Source: Octopus bimaculoides (lineage: Eukaryota). From it: 51,216 bases of DNA. The position numbers and the translations under genes are program-made. The stretch is taken from the NCBI RefSeq assembly GCF_001194135.2, contig NC_068986.1, positions 33,386,837 through 33,438,052 of the forward strand. The letters run 5' to 3'. Below the pieces are notes generated by a model. That model saw only the letters and a list, made by a program, of their open reading frames with translations, did no database searches and was not told the origin of the DNA. Of the stretch, positions 48,165 to 51,216 are shown piece after piece (position 1 is the first letter of the stretch; the number at the start of each line of letters is the position of its first letter).

Positions 48165-48989
48165 NNNNNNNNNNNNNNNNNNNNNNNNNNNNNNNNNNNN
48201 NNNNNNNNNNNNNNNNNNNNNNNNNNNNNNNNNNNNNNNNNNNNNNNNNNNNNNNNNNNNNNNNNNNNNNNNNNNNNNNNNNNNNNNNNNNNNNNNNNNN
48301 NNNNNNNNNNNNNNNNNNNNNNNNNNNNNNNNNNNNNNNNNNNNNNNNNNNNNNNNNNNNNNNNNNNNNNNNNNNNNNNNNNNNNNNNNNNNNNNNNNNN
48401 NNNNNNNNNNNNNNNNNNNNNNNNNNNNNNNNNNNNNNNNNNNNNNNNNNNNNNNNNNNNNNNNNNNNNNNNNNNNNNNNNNNNNNNNNNNNNNNNNNNN
48501 NNNNNNNNNNNNNNNNNNNNNNNNNNNNNNNNNNNNNNNNNNNNNNNNNNNNNNNNNNNNNNNNNNNNNNNNNNNNNNNNNNNNNNNNNNNNNNNNNNNN
48601 NNNNNNNNNNNNNNNNNNNNNNNNNNNNNNNNNNNNNNNNNNNNNNNNNNNNNNNNNNNNNNNNNNNNNNNNNNNNNNNNNNNNNNNNNNNNNNNNNNNN
48701 NNNNNNNNNNNNNNNNNNNNNNNNNNNNNNNNNNNNNNNNNNNNNNNNNNNNNNNNNNNNNNNNNNNNNNNNNNNNNNNNNNNNNNNNNNNNNNNNNNNN
48801 NNNNNNNNNNNNNNNNNNNNNNNNNNNNNNNNNNNNNNNNNNNNNNNNNNNNNNNNNNNNNNNNNNNNNNNNNNNNNNNNNTATTTTTTTAGTTTTTGTT
48901 TTCCTCCTTTAGTATTACATCTAAGAGACTCTCTGTCTGAACACTTAACCTACAAACATATATACATACATATACATGTATGTATGTTT

Positions 48990-49072
<83 letters not shown>

Positions 49073-49287
49073 CGTATCCGTATATATATAGAGAGAGATA
49101 TAGATATAGATATAGATATATACAATGATATACACATATATACATAGCTGCATATATATATAAGCATATATATATATATATATATACATATGCACATATA
49201 TACATATATGTATATGTATTTATGTATTTATAACGTCTATAATACATACACTTACATACATAAATACATATACATATGTACACACAG

Positions 49288-49321
<34 letters not shown>

Positions 49322-49590
49322 GTATATATTCGTGTGTATGTGTGTTCATGTGAATGTGAGTGTGTGTACATATATATGTGTGTATGTATGAATATATGTA
49401 AGTCTAATTATGTATATATAAATGCAGATAAATTTTATTTATCTATATATTCTATGGACATATATCAATAAATATAACAATATGTGCATATATATATATA
49501 CACATATGTAGAGATACATAGATACATACATAAATACATACTTGCATATGTATGTATACAGTTGTTTGTGTGCGCGTAATAATAGTTTTA

Positions 49591-49640
<50 letters not shown>

Positions 49641-50579
49641 TATANNNNNNNNNNNNNNNNNNNNNNNNNNNNNNNNNNNNNNNNNNNNNNNNNNNNNNNN
49701 NNNNNNNNNNNNNNNNNNNNNNNNNNNNNNNNNNNNNNNNNNNNNNNNNNNNNNNNNNNNNNNNNNNNNNNNNNNNNNNNNNNNNNNNNNNNNNNNNNNN
49801 NNNNNNNNNNNNNNNNNNNNNNNNNNNNNNNNNNNNNNNNNNNNNNNNNNNNNNNNNNNNNNNNNNNNNNNNNNNNNNNNNNNNNNNNNNNNNNNNNNNN
49901 NNNNNNNNNNNNNNNNNNNNNNNNNNNNNNNNNNNNNNNNNNNNNNNNNNNNNNNNNNNNNNNNNNNNNNNNNNNNNNNNNNNNNNNNNNNNNNNNNNNN
50001 NNNNNNNNNNNNNNNNNNNNNNNNNNNNNNNNNNNNNNNNNNNNNNNNNNNNNNNNNNNNNNNNNNNNNNNNNNNNNNNNNNNNNNNNNNNNNNNNNNNN
50101 NNNNNNNNNNNNNNNNNNNNNNNNNNNNNNNNNNNNNNNNNNNNNNNNNNNNNNNNNNNNNNNNNNNNNNNNNNNNNNNNNNNNNNNNNNNNNNNNNNNN
50201 NNNNNNNNNNNNNNNNNNNNNNNNNNNNNNNNNNNNNNNNNNNNNNNNNNNNNNNNNNNNNNNNNNNNNNNNNNNNNNNNNNNNNNNNNNNNNNNNNNNN
50301 NNNNNNNNNNNNNNNNNNNNNNNNNNNNNNNNNNNNNNNNNNNNNNNNNNNNNNNNNNNNNNNNNNNNNNNNNNNNNNNNNNNNNNNNNNNNNNNNNNNN
50401 NNNNNNNNNNNNNNNNNNNNNNNNNNNNNNNNNNNNNNNNNNNNNNNNNNNNNNNNNNNNNNNNNATTGTAAATTTAAATATGTATATTTCAAGGCAAAA
50501 AATATTACATGCGCATACTTTGTTTGTACACACAACCATACTCACACACAAACACACACACACACACACACACGCACAC

Positions 50580-50618
<39 letters not shown>

Positions 50619-51068
50619 CACACACACGCACACACATCTATGTATATATATTTGTTTGAGTGTATGTGGTTGTTGTATGCGTTCTGCATATTAAGAAAAA
50701 AATATTGAACTTTGCAAAACTGTACTCAATGCTTCAACTCTGGATACAAAATGCATTTATTCATTCATTGTGAACATCGGTTTGTTTTATTACAACTTAT
50801 AGTTTCGCCATTACATGGCTCATCAGTTTACGCTTTCTTTTTTTTTTTTTCTTATTCCAAATTCATGCCTTGTTTCCTTATGATATATTTTATGAATTGC
50901 AATGGGGTATCGGAGTATCCAGCTATCACCATATTGGTATGTATGCAATATTAAGATATATGTGTATGTATGCGTGTGTGTGTGCATGCGTATTTATATC
51001 TATATCTATATATACAAGAATATGTTTATCTACATATATATATTGCATATATCATATTATATATATGT

Positions 51069-51109
<41 letters not shown>

Positions 51110-51216
51110 ATAATATATACAAAGTAGATACATTTCTTTTATTAGCCACACAGGGCTCAACGAAGATGGAACAAATACAATGTAGAGCTTTTCTTTTTGG
51201 GAGGGGGAAGGAAGGA

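Overview
AT-rich, repeat-dense eukaryotic scaffold. About 10 kb is N-gaps, most of them flanked by (TA)n. It is very probably an octopus genome: this is an inference from the abundant tRNA-derived SINEs resembling the octopus OK/OR1/OR2 families. No intact host gene, rRNA, tRNA or CRISPR array is supported. Most long ORFs in the supplied track are artefacts of N-runs or microsatellites. The identifiable content is decayed mobile DNA: R4/Dong-clade, RTE, CR1 and Penelope retroelement fragments, Tc1/mariner and hAT derivatives, a 91-bp mini-Helitron, and about 15 SINE copies. The most notable signal is a set of hammerhead-ribozyme (HHR) motifs. (1) A core-perfect type I HHR at 10752-10808 lies inside a non-coding 351-bp unit present in about 1.55 tandem copies (10468-11012), an architecture like a retrozyme or Penelope pseudo-LTR. 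(2) A second type I HHR lies in a 108-bp-arm inverted repeat at 32685-32924. (3) A decayed HHR lies at about 15040-15135, and a Penelope GIY-YIG relic at 42010-42408 could represent the mobilising partner family. Other points of interest are a twin-priming-type 5' inversion of an RTE LINE, an in-frame internally deleted R4/Dong element beside a (TAA)n tract, and a Tc1 element whose catalytic core is replaced by captured genomic DNA.
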